In this document: positions 1 through 7,885 of the stretch, in pieces | How positions within the stretch are numbered: position 1 is the first letter of the stretch | Layout of the letters: each line of letters begins with the position of its first letter | NCBI RefSeq assembly: GCF_029338255.1 | Contig: NZ_CP119787.1 | Span: 2,587,631-2,619,630 of the forward strand | Direction of reading: 5' to 3' | Length of the DNA: 32,000 nucleotides | Source: Haloarcula halobia | GTDB taxonomy: Archaea > Halobacteriota > Halobacteria > Halobacteriales > Haloarculaceae | Program-made: the position numbers and the translations under genes | Notes under the pieces: generated by a model | Seen by the model: only the letters and a program-made list of their open reading frames with translations | Told to the model about the DNA's origin: nothing | Databases searched by the model: none

Positions 1-44
1 TCACAGAACTCCCTGACCTCCGCATTCAACTCATCAAACTGCAT
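1..44 (-). CDS. Start of a CDS running off the left edge (N-term MQFDELNAEVREFCE...)
   Basis: Reverse complement gives an open frame from ATG at 44-42 to the window edge, preceded by a G-rich stretch. Very short, so weak. Confidence 0.35.
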   Translation of the reverse strand, partial: MQFDELNAEVREFC

Positions 45-277
45 ACGCCCCCCTTTACCGGACATTCATAAAGAAGTACGGCAGCACGAATCACGAAGAG
101 AAACCAAACACACAGCCACACCCGTCACTCGCTTCGCAGAATACACGGCTTCACATCGGAATCGTCCTCAACTGCGCGTGAGCTGCTGCACGAAATTGAA
201 TAGCACGTTGGCATGGAGAATGTCTTTCCAAATGGTAGTAAGTAGCTACAAGACTCTGGCCGTTAATCACCCGATTC

Positions 278-1558
278 GTGGAGGATTTAGAATCACGACT
301 AGAAGAGTTCGCAAATGCAATACACGGGTTGTCCACAGATGCTGCCCATCCGAAAACTGCATTCGAACTACTGGACATGGGGCGGTACGAAGACGCCTGG
401 CAGTCGTACCTTCGGTACTTTCTGGCCCCAGACCAACCACATCAATTCGAGGGTGAGTTTCTGAGTCGGTTCTTCGACCTTCTTGAGAGCAACGAGATGA
501 TCTCGTTTTCACCTCCGGAGACGGGTCTCCGGGCAAACCAGGGTGTCGAGGTCACAGCAGAGCGTCAATCTTCAGACGACAATCGACCCGATCTCATCAT
601 CACGAGTGGCTCAGAGTGGTTTCTCTGTATCGAACTGAAAGTGCATGCCTCTGAAGGCGGAGGAGAACAGCCTCAAACCACCCGGTATGCAAACGACGAT
701 TCCATTGTCCCGAACGGGGTCTCGACCTACGAAGACGGGGATTTCATTTACATCAAACCGACAGAAGCTGCGCCTTCGGTCTCGCCAGCGTTTTCTGACC
801 TCGCCTGGCGAGATGTTCAGTCGGTTGTCCAGGACACTCTGGCAAATTCGACGGGACACGCCCCAGCACGATCGCTCGCACAGCTCTCAGATTTCTCGAC
901 GCTCATCGATTCCCAACTAGCCATGACCGAGATAGACGAAGATACACGACAGCGTAAGGATCTCTACTTCGAATACCGCGACGAAATCACCGAGGCGCGA
1001 GACGCTATCGAAACGTTCGTCAAGACCATCCTTCAGCAAAACTGGGGACAGGCACTAGAGGAATCGTACCAGCCCAGCAACGACCACGAGATGGAGTGGC
1101 AGTACGACGATATCGGACAGGGATACGGTCAGGCCCGTGTTCCCCGGTGGGTGACAGCCAAATCTGGCTCAGAGAACCTTGACATACACTGGGAACACAA
1201 ACCAACGGAGGACGACTTCACGAAAGGACAGCTTCGATTCATCCTCGAACTTGAAGAGCCAGACCGCTCAACAATTACCAACAGTAGCGGTGAACGATAC
1301 CACCAGTTCCGAGACGACATCCTCGCCCAAATTGAAAGATCCGTTCAATCAATCGAGGACCCGCGATGGGAGGAATCAGATAAGAACCCAGGGCAGTCAC
1401 AGAAGAAGTTAGCTCGATTCGTATACGAGTATGAGCCTGGCGACGAGGACGGATACTACCAAAACCTCCAGTTCGCATTAGAGGACTCAGAACCGGTCAC
1501 CCGACTAGTGACGGAGATTCTGGAGGCACAAGATTACACGCAATACTCAAAGGAGTAA
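278..1558 (+). CDS. PD-(D/E)XK nuclease-superfamily protein, 426 aa
   Basis: Long ORF; motif RPDLIITSGSEWFLCIELKVHASEGGGEQPQTTRY matches D-x(n)-E-L-K with a downstream Q..RY, typical of PDDEXK_4-like proteins. Confidence 0.75.
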   Translation: MEDLESRLEEFANAIHGLSTDAAHPKTAFELLDMGRYEDAWQSYLRYFLAPDQPHQFEGEFLSRFFDLLESNEMISFSPPETGLRANQGVEVTAERQSSDDNRPDLIITSGSEWFLCIELKVHASEGGGEQPQTTRYANDDSIVPNGVSTYEDGDFIYIKPTEAAPSVSPAFSDLAWRDVQSVVQDTLANSTGHAPARSLAQLSDFSTLIDSQLAMTEIDEDTRQRKDLYFEYRDEITEARDAIETFVKTILQQNWGQALEESYQPSNDHEMEWQYDDIGQGYGQARVPRWVTAKSGSENLDIHWEHKPTEDDFTKGQLRFILELEEPDRSTITNSSGERYHQFRDDILAQIERSVQSIEDPRWEESDKNPGQSQKKLARFVYEYEPGDEDGYYQNLQFALEDSEPVTRLVTEILEAQDYTQYSKE

Positions 1559-1644
1559 ACAAATATCATCGGCGATGCAGAATCTGAAGGTCACAGTGAC
1601 GCGGCATCCCACCGACTTAGGTACTGCACTGTCATAAGACATGC

Positions 1645-2112
1645 ATGAACTTGTGGCTCGTGCCTGTAGACGAACCGTCGTTTCAGCGAACACTTGCCGA
1701 ACCAATCGACCTGTCGGACTGGGACGACCGACCAGACTCATTTCCTGATCGCGCCCGTGTTTGGGGCGTCCGGACTGATCCGGAACAGGGTTCTTGGAAG
1801 CGAAACCGCCGGAATCTCGAACGGATGGAGCGCGGCGACCCGATCCTGATCTACCGTAACTCGGAGAGCCAGTATACGGGGACCGGGCGTGTCGGTCCGA
1901 TGGCGCACACCGAACACGTCCGCGACGAGTATTGGGACGGTGGCCCGGCACTCGATGTCTACGTCGTGGAGGGCTACGACGACTCGGTCGATGTCGAACC
2001 GGAGACAGTCAATCGATTGCTCGGCTACGAGGAATCATTCTGGCCACAGGGACTCTGGCGGGTAAGTGACGACCGTCCGACGGAACGAGTTGTTCGTAAG
2101 TTCGACATCTGA
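1645..2112 (+). CDS. EVE/PUA-like domain protein, 155 aa
   Basis: WGVRTDPEQGSWKRNRRNLERMERGDPILIYRNSESQYTGTGRVG resembles the EVE/PUA-like fold pattern (W-x-V, GD-x-ILIY, G-x-G-RVG). Confidence 0.6.
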   Translation: MNLWLVPVDEPSFQRTLAEPIDLSDWDDRPDSFPDRARVWGVRTDPEQGSWKRNRRNLERMERGDPILIYRNSESQYTGTGRVGPMAHTEHVRDEYWDGGPALDVYVVEGYDDSVDVEPETVNRLLGYEESFWPQGLWRVSDDRPTERVVRKFDI

Positions 2113-2162
2113 ATTGGCGGTAGTAAAAACCTTAACAACGGGTCGGCTACCTGTTCGAATAA

Positions 2163-3380
2163 ATGTCGAGGTCGTCTCAGCCGCTCTTCTCAGACAATCA
2201 TCTCTCCGAACACGAGCGAAGCCAACGCAAGAAAATGCGGCAGGAGATCGAACAGCTCTCCTCTGCTGAACTGGATAACAGCACGGACTCTCTCGCCCTC
2301 ATCTTCGCCTCCAAATACACGCCGACTCCGATCCGGCTTCACGAACCGAAAACGGAGGATGTCGGCCAAGTCAAGAAAACCATCGAACGCCTCGGACCTT
2401 CACGGAACCTTCCCGGCGGCGGCAAGGTTACCAAGAAAGTTCAACGCCTGAAATTGAAAGTGCCGTACAGCGGCGAGAAACATCTTCTCTTGAAGCGACC
2501 GAAGAGAACCACTCATCCGTTGCCAACATACGACGAGCTCACTCAGAGCCAGATAGTTTACAACGTTGATTACGAGGTCAAAGGGAAAGACGCGGACGAG
2601 ATCAAGAAAACGATCGACAGCGAGATATCCAAGTGGGAGGAGCGGCTGGAGCGCGAGGTCGAACACTTGAACCGGGATATCCGGAAGATGCAGGAAGACT
2701 TCGAGAACCGTGCCCGACGCCACATCGAAACTCACCGGGAGAACATGGAGGCGAAGGAAGAGGCCCTAGACGAGCTCGGGATCTCAACCGAATCCGTGGA
2801 CGAAGGTTTCGTCGAACCAGAAAAAAAGAAGGACCTTGAGCTCCCCGATCTCGAAGGCGAGGCGGAGCAGCGGCAGCGGATCCGGGATCGGACTTTCGTC
2901 GACATCCTGGACATCATCAACGGCATGAGGGTGAACATCGAACGGTCAAAGAACCGGCTCCGAGAACTCGACGAGGAGTCACTCCGCGACATCTTCCTCG
3001 GAGCAATTGACTCGCACTACGGCTCGGCGACCGGTGAAAGCTTCAACCGCGGTGGGAAGACGGACATCCTTCTCCGCCACGATAGTGTGAACCTATTCAT
3101 CGCGGAGTGCAAGTTCTGGCAGGGGAAATCCCATTTCCAAGACGCGGTTGACCAGCTGCTCGGCAACCTGACCGTTGACGACGGCCACGCCGCTCTCCTT
3201 GTCTTTTCTAATAGAGGGGACGTGGTCCAGGTTCGTAACCGGATTGAGGAAGCTATCGAAGCCCACGAGAACTTTGAGACGGATCTGACGCGGTTTGAGG
3301 ACCACGAAGTCTACCGGTTCCAGGCTCCTTCGGGTTCCGAGGTAAAAGTCGCGGTGAAGGTCGTCGATCTTGGGGCCTGA
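2163..3380 (+). CDS. Coiled-coil protein with C-terminal restriction-endonuclease-like (PD-(D/E)XK) domain, 405 aa
   Basis: Long charged coiled coil (KKTIDSEISKWEERLEREVEHLNRDIRKMQEDFENRARRH) followed by KTDILLRHDSVNLFIAECKFWQGKSHFQDAVDQLLGNLT (D...E-C-K...Q). Confidence 0.7.
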   Translation: MSRSSQPLFSDNHLSEHERSQRKKMRQEIEQLSSAELDNSTDSLALIFASKYTPTPIRLHEPKTEDVGQVKKTIERLGPSRNLPGGGKVTKKVQRLKLKVPYSGEKHLLLKRPKRTTHPLPTYDELTQSQIVYNVDYEVKGKDADEIKKTIDSEISKWEERLEREVEHLNRDIRKMQEDFENRARRHIETHRENMEAKEEALDELGISTESVDEGFVEPEKKKDLELPDLEGEAEQRQRIRDRTFVDILDIINGMRVNIERSKNRLRELDEESLRDIFLGAIDSHYGSATGESFNRGGKTDILLRHDSVNLFIAECKFWQGKSHFQDAVDQLLGNLTVDDGHAALLVFSNRGDVVQVRNRIEEAIEAHENFETDLTRFEDHEVYRFQAPSGSEVKVAVKVVDLGA

Positions 3381-3445
3381 CAAGCCTTGATCTTTAAAAA
3401 CGATTTCTCCCCATTCTCTCTTAACCTGCGAGGTCGCCCTCTTGG

Positions 3446-3697
3446 ATGGATCACACCGATATCTCAGAGCGGGATATAGAGTTCGAGTTCTGGAACGGCC
3501 TGTACTTCCTTCTCGTAGGATTCCCGGCAGCACAATGTCGATCTACGGTTCTAACCACGGCAATTTCAGAGGCTATGGAACCGATGAGCTACATTATCGA
3601 GGCCGCGATCATCCTCAACGCACTCACCGTCATAGTCGTCGTCTGGGGGATTGGCGTGAGAGCGTACCGATACCTAGCTTTGACCCTTCATCTCTAA
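3446..3697 (+). CDS. Small predicted membrane protein, 83 aa
   Basis: Short ORF with two hydrophobic segments (LYFLLVGFPAAQC; IILNALTVIVVVWGIGV). Preferred over the overlapping frame-1 reading. Confidence 0.4.
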   Translation: MDHTDISERDIEFEFWNGLYFLLVGFPAAQCRSTVLTTAISEAMEPMSYIIEAAIILNALTVIVVVWGIGVRAYRYLALTLHL

Positions 3698-3756
3698 CCA
3701 ATTTCCGCCTTGAAGACAGCCGGCGAGAATTTTCTATCCGCAAAATTGATACTTGC

Positions 3757-4318
3757 ATGCTATGTGGTACCACTAACGTGCCCAGTCTCGAACAGATCAA
3801 GCAGAAAGGTGGGGTGGGTCTTGGAGCCCTATACCTTGTTTCGCTCCTGATAGCTGGGTACTACCTCGATGCATCCACTTTTGATCGAAGCGTGTCCGCC
3901 GGAATCATCGCAGTTATCCCGCCATTCATGGTCTGGGGAGCGGCGAAACAGTTCTACAAGAAGTGGGCGAAAATATTCGCCACGGAGAAAGTCGCCGAAG
4001 CCTTCGTCCGGATCAAGTTTCACCAGGGCTCGAAGAGATTCTACAACGAGTACAGCGAGGAGCTTCCAGGAAGAACTGGATGACCTTGACGAGAAGTTCT
4101 TCAACCAGATAGTCAACATTCTCTCAGGGATAGTCATCACCGCCGCGATCCCTGTATCCGCAGTACTCGAATTCGGTGAATTCGGGTACACCGGGATAGT
4201 CGCAGGCTTCGGACTGGCAGCCGTGTTCGGCTACGGCCTCAGCATAGCCTCGTACAGGAAAATGAACGAAGTCCTCGAATACTCAACACAAGTAGCAAAG
4301 GTGACAGATGAGGCTTGA
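3757..4318 (+). pseudogene. Membrane protein split by an apparent +1 frameshift (frame 1 about 3757..4083, frame 2 about 4050..4318)
   Basis: Frame 1 gives MLCGTTNVPSLEQIKQ...TM...KFHQGSKRFYNEYSEELPGRTG*. Frame 2 continues with QEELDDLDEKFFNQIVNILSGIVITAAIPVSAVLEFG...KVTDEA* and overlaps the start of the 4308 gene. Residues upstream of the join in frame 2 are Arg/Ser-rich and look out of frame. Confidence 0.55.
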
Positions 4319-6026
4319 TTCAATCGAAATCCGCGAGTTCTCGCAGCAAGATGAATATACCGCCGAAACACACCCTGAAAAAGAAGACGTCAACGGAGAC
4401 TCGCTGTTGATCAAAGGGACGAACCGTAGTGGGAAAACACTAACCTTCAACGCGCTTCGATACGCCGTTCTCGGCGAAACTGTCGGAATGTCTCCTGGCC
4501 GCGGCAACGAAGTCGAAATCGGGTTTACCGACGGGTCACGGTTCTTCCGCGGCCACCCAAGCGCGTGGTACGAAACAAGGGACAACGAGTTCGAGGCGGG
4601 CGAGGCTCAAACACAGCTCCGGGAAGATACAGGGCCAGAGAACATCTTGGAGAACTATTTCCTGAATTCCCGTATCGAGATGCTGCCGCTGGAGAACCTG
4701 TCGCGTCCGGAGCGGTTAGATTTGATCCGGAGCGTTACTGACCCTGAGCACCAGGTGCTTATCGAGCGGCACTCCAAGGCCTGGGATCAGCTTGACTGGT
4801 GGATCTCCGAGGAAGACGACGAGTTACGGAAAGTAGAGGAAAGCATCGATGAGGTCCGCAGCAAGATTCAGAGCTTTGAGTCGCAGGAACGACGTATGAA
4901 AACGGTTGTCACGATGGGTGAGTCCGGGCAGCTGGAGAAGATTCGACGCGTCCTCGATGAGCACCAGGAACTGGAAGAGGAACTGGATGACTTGTTTGCA
5001 CGGAAGGAAGGGATTCGGAAGCAGTTGGATCGGCTGCGGAACCGTCGTGACTACGCCGAGTCCTACAGGGCCGAGGTCAACGAATTGATCGCCGAGGCTG
5101 TAAGCGATTTCGTCTGCCCGGCGTGCAAGACATCGGTCACCAGTCGAAAGGCCGAGAACCGGATCGATGATAATCGCTGTCCGTTCTGTGCACGTAAGAA
5201 GTCGACCAGCGAACTCAGAGAGGAGCTAGAGGAGAAGCAGGAGGATACAGAAGGGGTGGCAGAGGAACTCCAAGAGGAGATTGACGAGTTGAAGGAGGAA
5301 CGTGAAGAAGTGCAACACGAGATCGAACGCCTCAAAGCCGAGCAACCGTCGTTGGAGGACTTGGATCCGAACGCTAAGCGTAAGCTGGATGATCACGACG
5401 GTGATATCAAGGCCGTTGTCGACGAAGCGGTGAACGCTCTGGAAGAGGTACGTGAAAAGCTGGAACACCGGCGGGAAGAGCTAGAACAATTGGAAGAACA
5501 ACGCGACGTCATCGAGGACCGACTTGAGTTCTTGAGAGAGTCGAGAAGATTTGCGGAGGAACGGTTAAGCGAACTTGAGGAGGACAGTTACAGGGCTGCG
5601 GTGAGAGAGTTCGCCGATGCATGGACCGAAGTCTTCCAAGAGTTGTCGCCGGAGATCGGCCAGCAGATCTGGGTCAGTAATGAGGGTGAAATATTCCTAC
5701 CGGGCTCACCAGCTGACCGACCGTACAACGGCGACGATCTCAGTGATTCGGAGCGGCAACTATTGAATATCTCCTTCGTGATCACGTTGCAGAACTTCGC
5801 CACCGACAGTGGCTTAGCTGCCGTCAACACGTTGGTTTTAGATGAGCCGTTCAACCATCTGGATCGGACCAGCACCAGCGACCTGCTCGGATACCTGTTA
5901 GAAGACGAGAACCGGCAGTACGTCTTCACATCGTCCGACGAGAACGTCTGGGATGTAATCCCCACCTCGCAGATTATGGAGTTGCAGCGGAACACGATTC
6001 AGAGCAAGCTCACAGACTTCCCCTGA
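4308..6026 (+). CDS. Rad50/SMC-like coiled-coil ABC ATPase, 572 aa
   Basis: Walker A IKGTNRSGKT; coiled coils flank CPAC...CPFC; signature-like LSDSERQLLNISFV; Walker B/D-loop NTLVLDEPFNHLDRTS. Confidence 0.85.
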   Translation: MRLDSIEIREFSQQDEYTAETHPEKEDVNGDSLLIKGTNRSGKTLTFNALRYAVLGETVGMSPGRGNEVEIGFTDGSRFFRGHPSAWYETRDNEFEAGEAQTQLREDTGPENILENYFLNSRIEMLPLENLSRPERLDLIRSVTDPEHQVLIERHSKAWDQLDWWISEEDDELRKVEESIDEVRSKIQSFESQERRMKTVVTMGESGQLEKIRRVLDEHQELEEELDDLFARKEGIRKQLDRLRNRRDYAESYRAEVNELIAEAVSDFVCPACKTSVTSRKAENRIDDNRCPFCARKKSTSELREELEEKQEDTEGVAEELQEEIDELKEEREEVQHEIERLKAEQPSLEDLDPNAKRKLDDHDGDIKAVVDEAVNALEEVREKLEHRREELEQLEEQRDVIEDRLEFLRESRRFAEERLSELEEDSYRAAVREFADAWTEVFQELSPEIGQQIWVSNEGEIFLPGSPADRPYNGDDLSDSERQLLNISFVITLQNFATDSGLAAVNTLVLDEPFNHLDRTSTSDLLGYLLEDENRQYVFTSSDENVWDVIPTSQIMELQRNTIQSKLTDFP

Positions 6027-6035
6027 TAACCAAAC

Positions 6036-6521
6036 ATGAGTGAAAAAGACCCCCGGCCGGACATCCCGATGCCGTTGGAAGAGGCGGCTCACCACCCGCA
6101 TCTCCTTCTCCTCGACGAGTTCGAGGGAGAAATCGACGGCCGGTTAAAGTACCATAAGTCGCTTTACCAGTACCGGAACGCGCAGGAACTGGACGAGACA
6201 GACTGGCCTTTCCGCAGCGAAGAACGAGGCCCGATGGACGAGGGCTTCACCGCCCTCATGGAGGAATACGAGAAACTGGGCCTGGTCGAAGTAGACGATG
6301 AAGAGGGGAAGATCTACATCTACCGGACGACCGAAACCGGGTCACGAGTCATACGAGGACTGCGACGCGGCCTGCGGAAGATCCGCGGTGAAGAGGCGGA
6401 GGACCGGGAGGAGACAGCAGAGCTGATCGCGGAGTTGAACATCGATAGAAGCGGGAATGAAATCGTGGAGGATGAGGATGTTCAGGAGGCGAAAGAGAAC
6501 CCGTACCAATCCGACGTCTGA
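6036..6521 (+). CDS. Small acidic protein, possibly winged-helix, 161 aa
   Basis: Starts 9 nt after the ATPase stop; DEGFTALMEEYEKLGLVEVDDEEGKIYIYRTTETGSRVIRGL resembles a wHTH wing/recognition segment. Confidence 0.6.
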   Translation: MSEKDPRPDIPMPLEEAAHHPHLLLLDEFEGEIDGRLKYHKSLYQYRNAQELDETDWPFRSEERGPMDEGFTALMEEYEKLGLVEVDDEEGKIYIYRTTETGSRVIRGLRRGLRKIRGEEAEDREETAELIAELNIDRSGNEIVEDEDVQEAKENPYQSDV

Positions 6522-6739
6522 ACGCGGATTTACCCCTCATCTCTATAGCAGGTTTACCGCTAAATATGCGCCTCAACTTTCAAAACAACTCCTGAGAGCC
6601 GCCTCGCCAGGAGACTTCGAATACCGCGCACGAATATGGCAAATGAACGCAACTCAGCAATCCGTCAACTGAAACTCACACACATGGTGTGCGTCTAGCA
6701 CACTCTGGACTCCACCAACCAGATCACCTCCGCCACGTC

Positions 6740-7864
6740 TCACCGAGCTTCGCGCAACACCCACGGCTTCGCATCCGGGTCGTATTCGCTGATTTTCCCG
6801 CTGTGACTGCGTGTCTCCGCGGCAAGCACGCCGATGTGCTTGAGTTGCTGGACGAAATTGAACAGCACGTTCGTTCGAATAATGTCCTTCCAGACGGCCT
6901 CCTCCTCGTAGATGCGGGACACTTGCCCTGCCTCGATCAGTTCCCGGGCCCGTGTTCGGCCTGCCCGCGTGCAGAACGTGTTCAGGAAGACGTTCGGGTA
7001 CTCGTGAACCAACCGACGAACCAAGTCCGGGAAGTGGATCCGCGGCCCCTCTTTCCGCAACGCGTCAAGTAACAACCGGAACTCCGGGTGTCGCTCGTAG
7101 CAGTTCCGAAGCAGAATAGCGAGCGGCTGGTGCTCCGCGACGACCGTCGAACGGCCGACCTCATCTTTGACTGCATCGAGCTCCTGGAGTGTCGATATCC
7201 CGTATCCGCGAAGCACTGTCGCTGCAAGTTCCCCCTGGTCAGTTAGCGAGAACCGATCAGTACCCTCCAACAGTCCAAGTGACAGCGCACTCCGCCGGGC
7301 CTGGGTGCCCGCGCCGAAGCCGTACTCAGCTTCGATCACATCCGCTAATTCATCGCCAGCCAGCGGGCCCTGCTGATCGACCGCGACGACCGGCGCGAGA
7401 TAATTCAGCGGTTGGGCAAGCGAAAGACTCGCAATATCACCGGAAATGTCACTCCGGCGCAGTCGAACCGACAATTGCCCCTCAATATCAACGACCTGCT
7501 CGTGGGACTCCGAGGTCGGTGGACTCGACCATCGCGTCACCCCATCGTCCGTCGCACCGATCACGCCGACACCTTTCGACCGGAGCAAATCAGTATGTTG
7601 CCCGACCGTGTCGGCAGCCGCCGCAAGATAGGAGACGTGCGCCCCCTGCTGGTACGTGAGTGCCTGCCCGATCCCGCGGAGTAACCCGTTCGATCCCTTC
7701 ACCTCGACGGCGAACACGCGATCAGCATGCGTAAACCCAAGCACATCCGGATACCGCCCACCAATCGTGATCTGGTGGGTCTCGCAACGGTTCAAAACAT
7801 CCGCGTACGTATCTTGATGCCACCCGGGCACATGGACGAGTGGCTGGTAGTCGCGTGTTTCCAA
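6740..7864 (-). CDS. PD-(D/E)XK-like protein, 374 aa
   Basis: GGRYPDVLGFTHADRVFAVEVKGSNGLLRGIGQALTYQQGAHVSYLAAA matches PD...E-x-K...Q motifs. Diverged paralog of 29822..31099. Confidence 0.65.
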   Translation of the reverse strand: METRDYQPLVHVPGWHQDTYADVLNRCETHQITIGGRYPDVLGFTHADRVFAVEVKGSNGLLRGIGQALTYQQGAHVSYLAAAADTVGQHTDLLRSKGVGVIGATDDGVTRWSSPPTSESHEQVVDIEGQLSVRLRRSDISGDIASLSLAQPLNYLAPVVAVDQQGPLAGDELADVIEAEYGFGAGTQARRSALSLGLLEGTDRFSLTDQGELAATVLRGYGISTLQELDAVKDEVGRSTVVAEHQPLAILLRNCYERHPEFRLLLDALRKEGPRIHFPDLVRRLVHEYPNVFLNTFCTRAGRTRARELIEAGQVSRIYEEEAVWKDIIRTNVLFNFVQQLKHIGVLAAETRSHSGKISEYDPDAKPWVLREAR

Positions 7865-7885
7865 GTCTATCCACTCATATTGTCC

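Noticed and set aside
3442-3756. N-terminal part of the 213-aa ORF 3442..4083
   Set aside because: Residues before Met at 3757 look like an out-of-frame reading (Arg/His-rich) of the 3446..3697 ORF; the start was moved to 3757.
6687-6703. Small hairpin GTGTGC-GTCTA-GCACAC between convergent genes
   Set aside because: Only a 6-bp stem with no U tract; could be chance, so not listed as a terminator.
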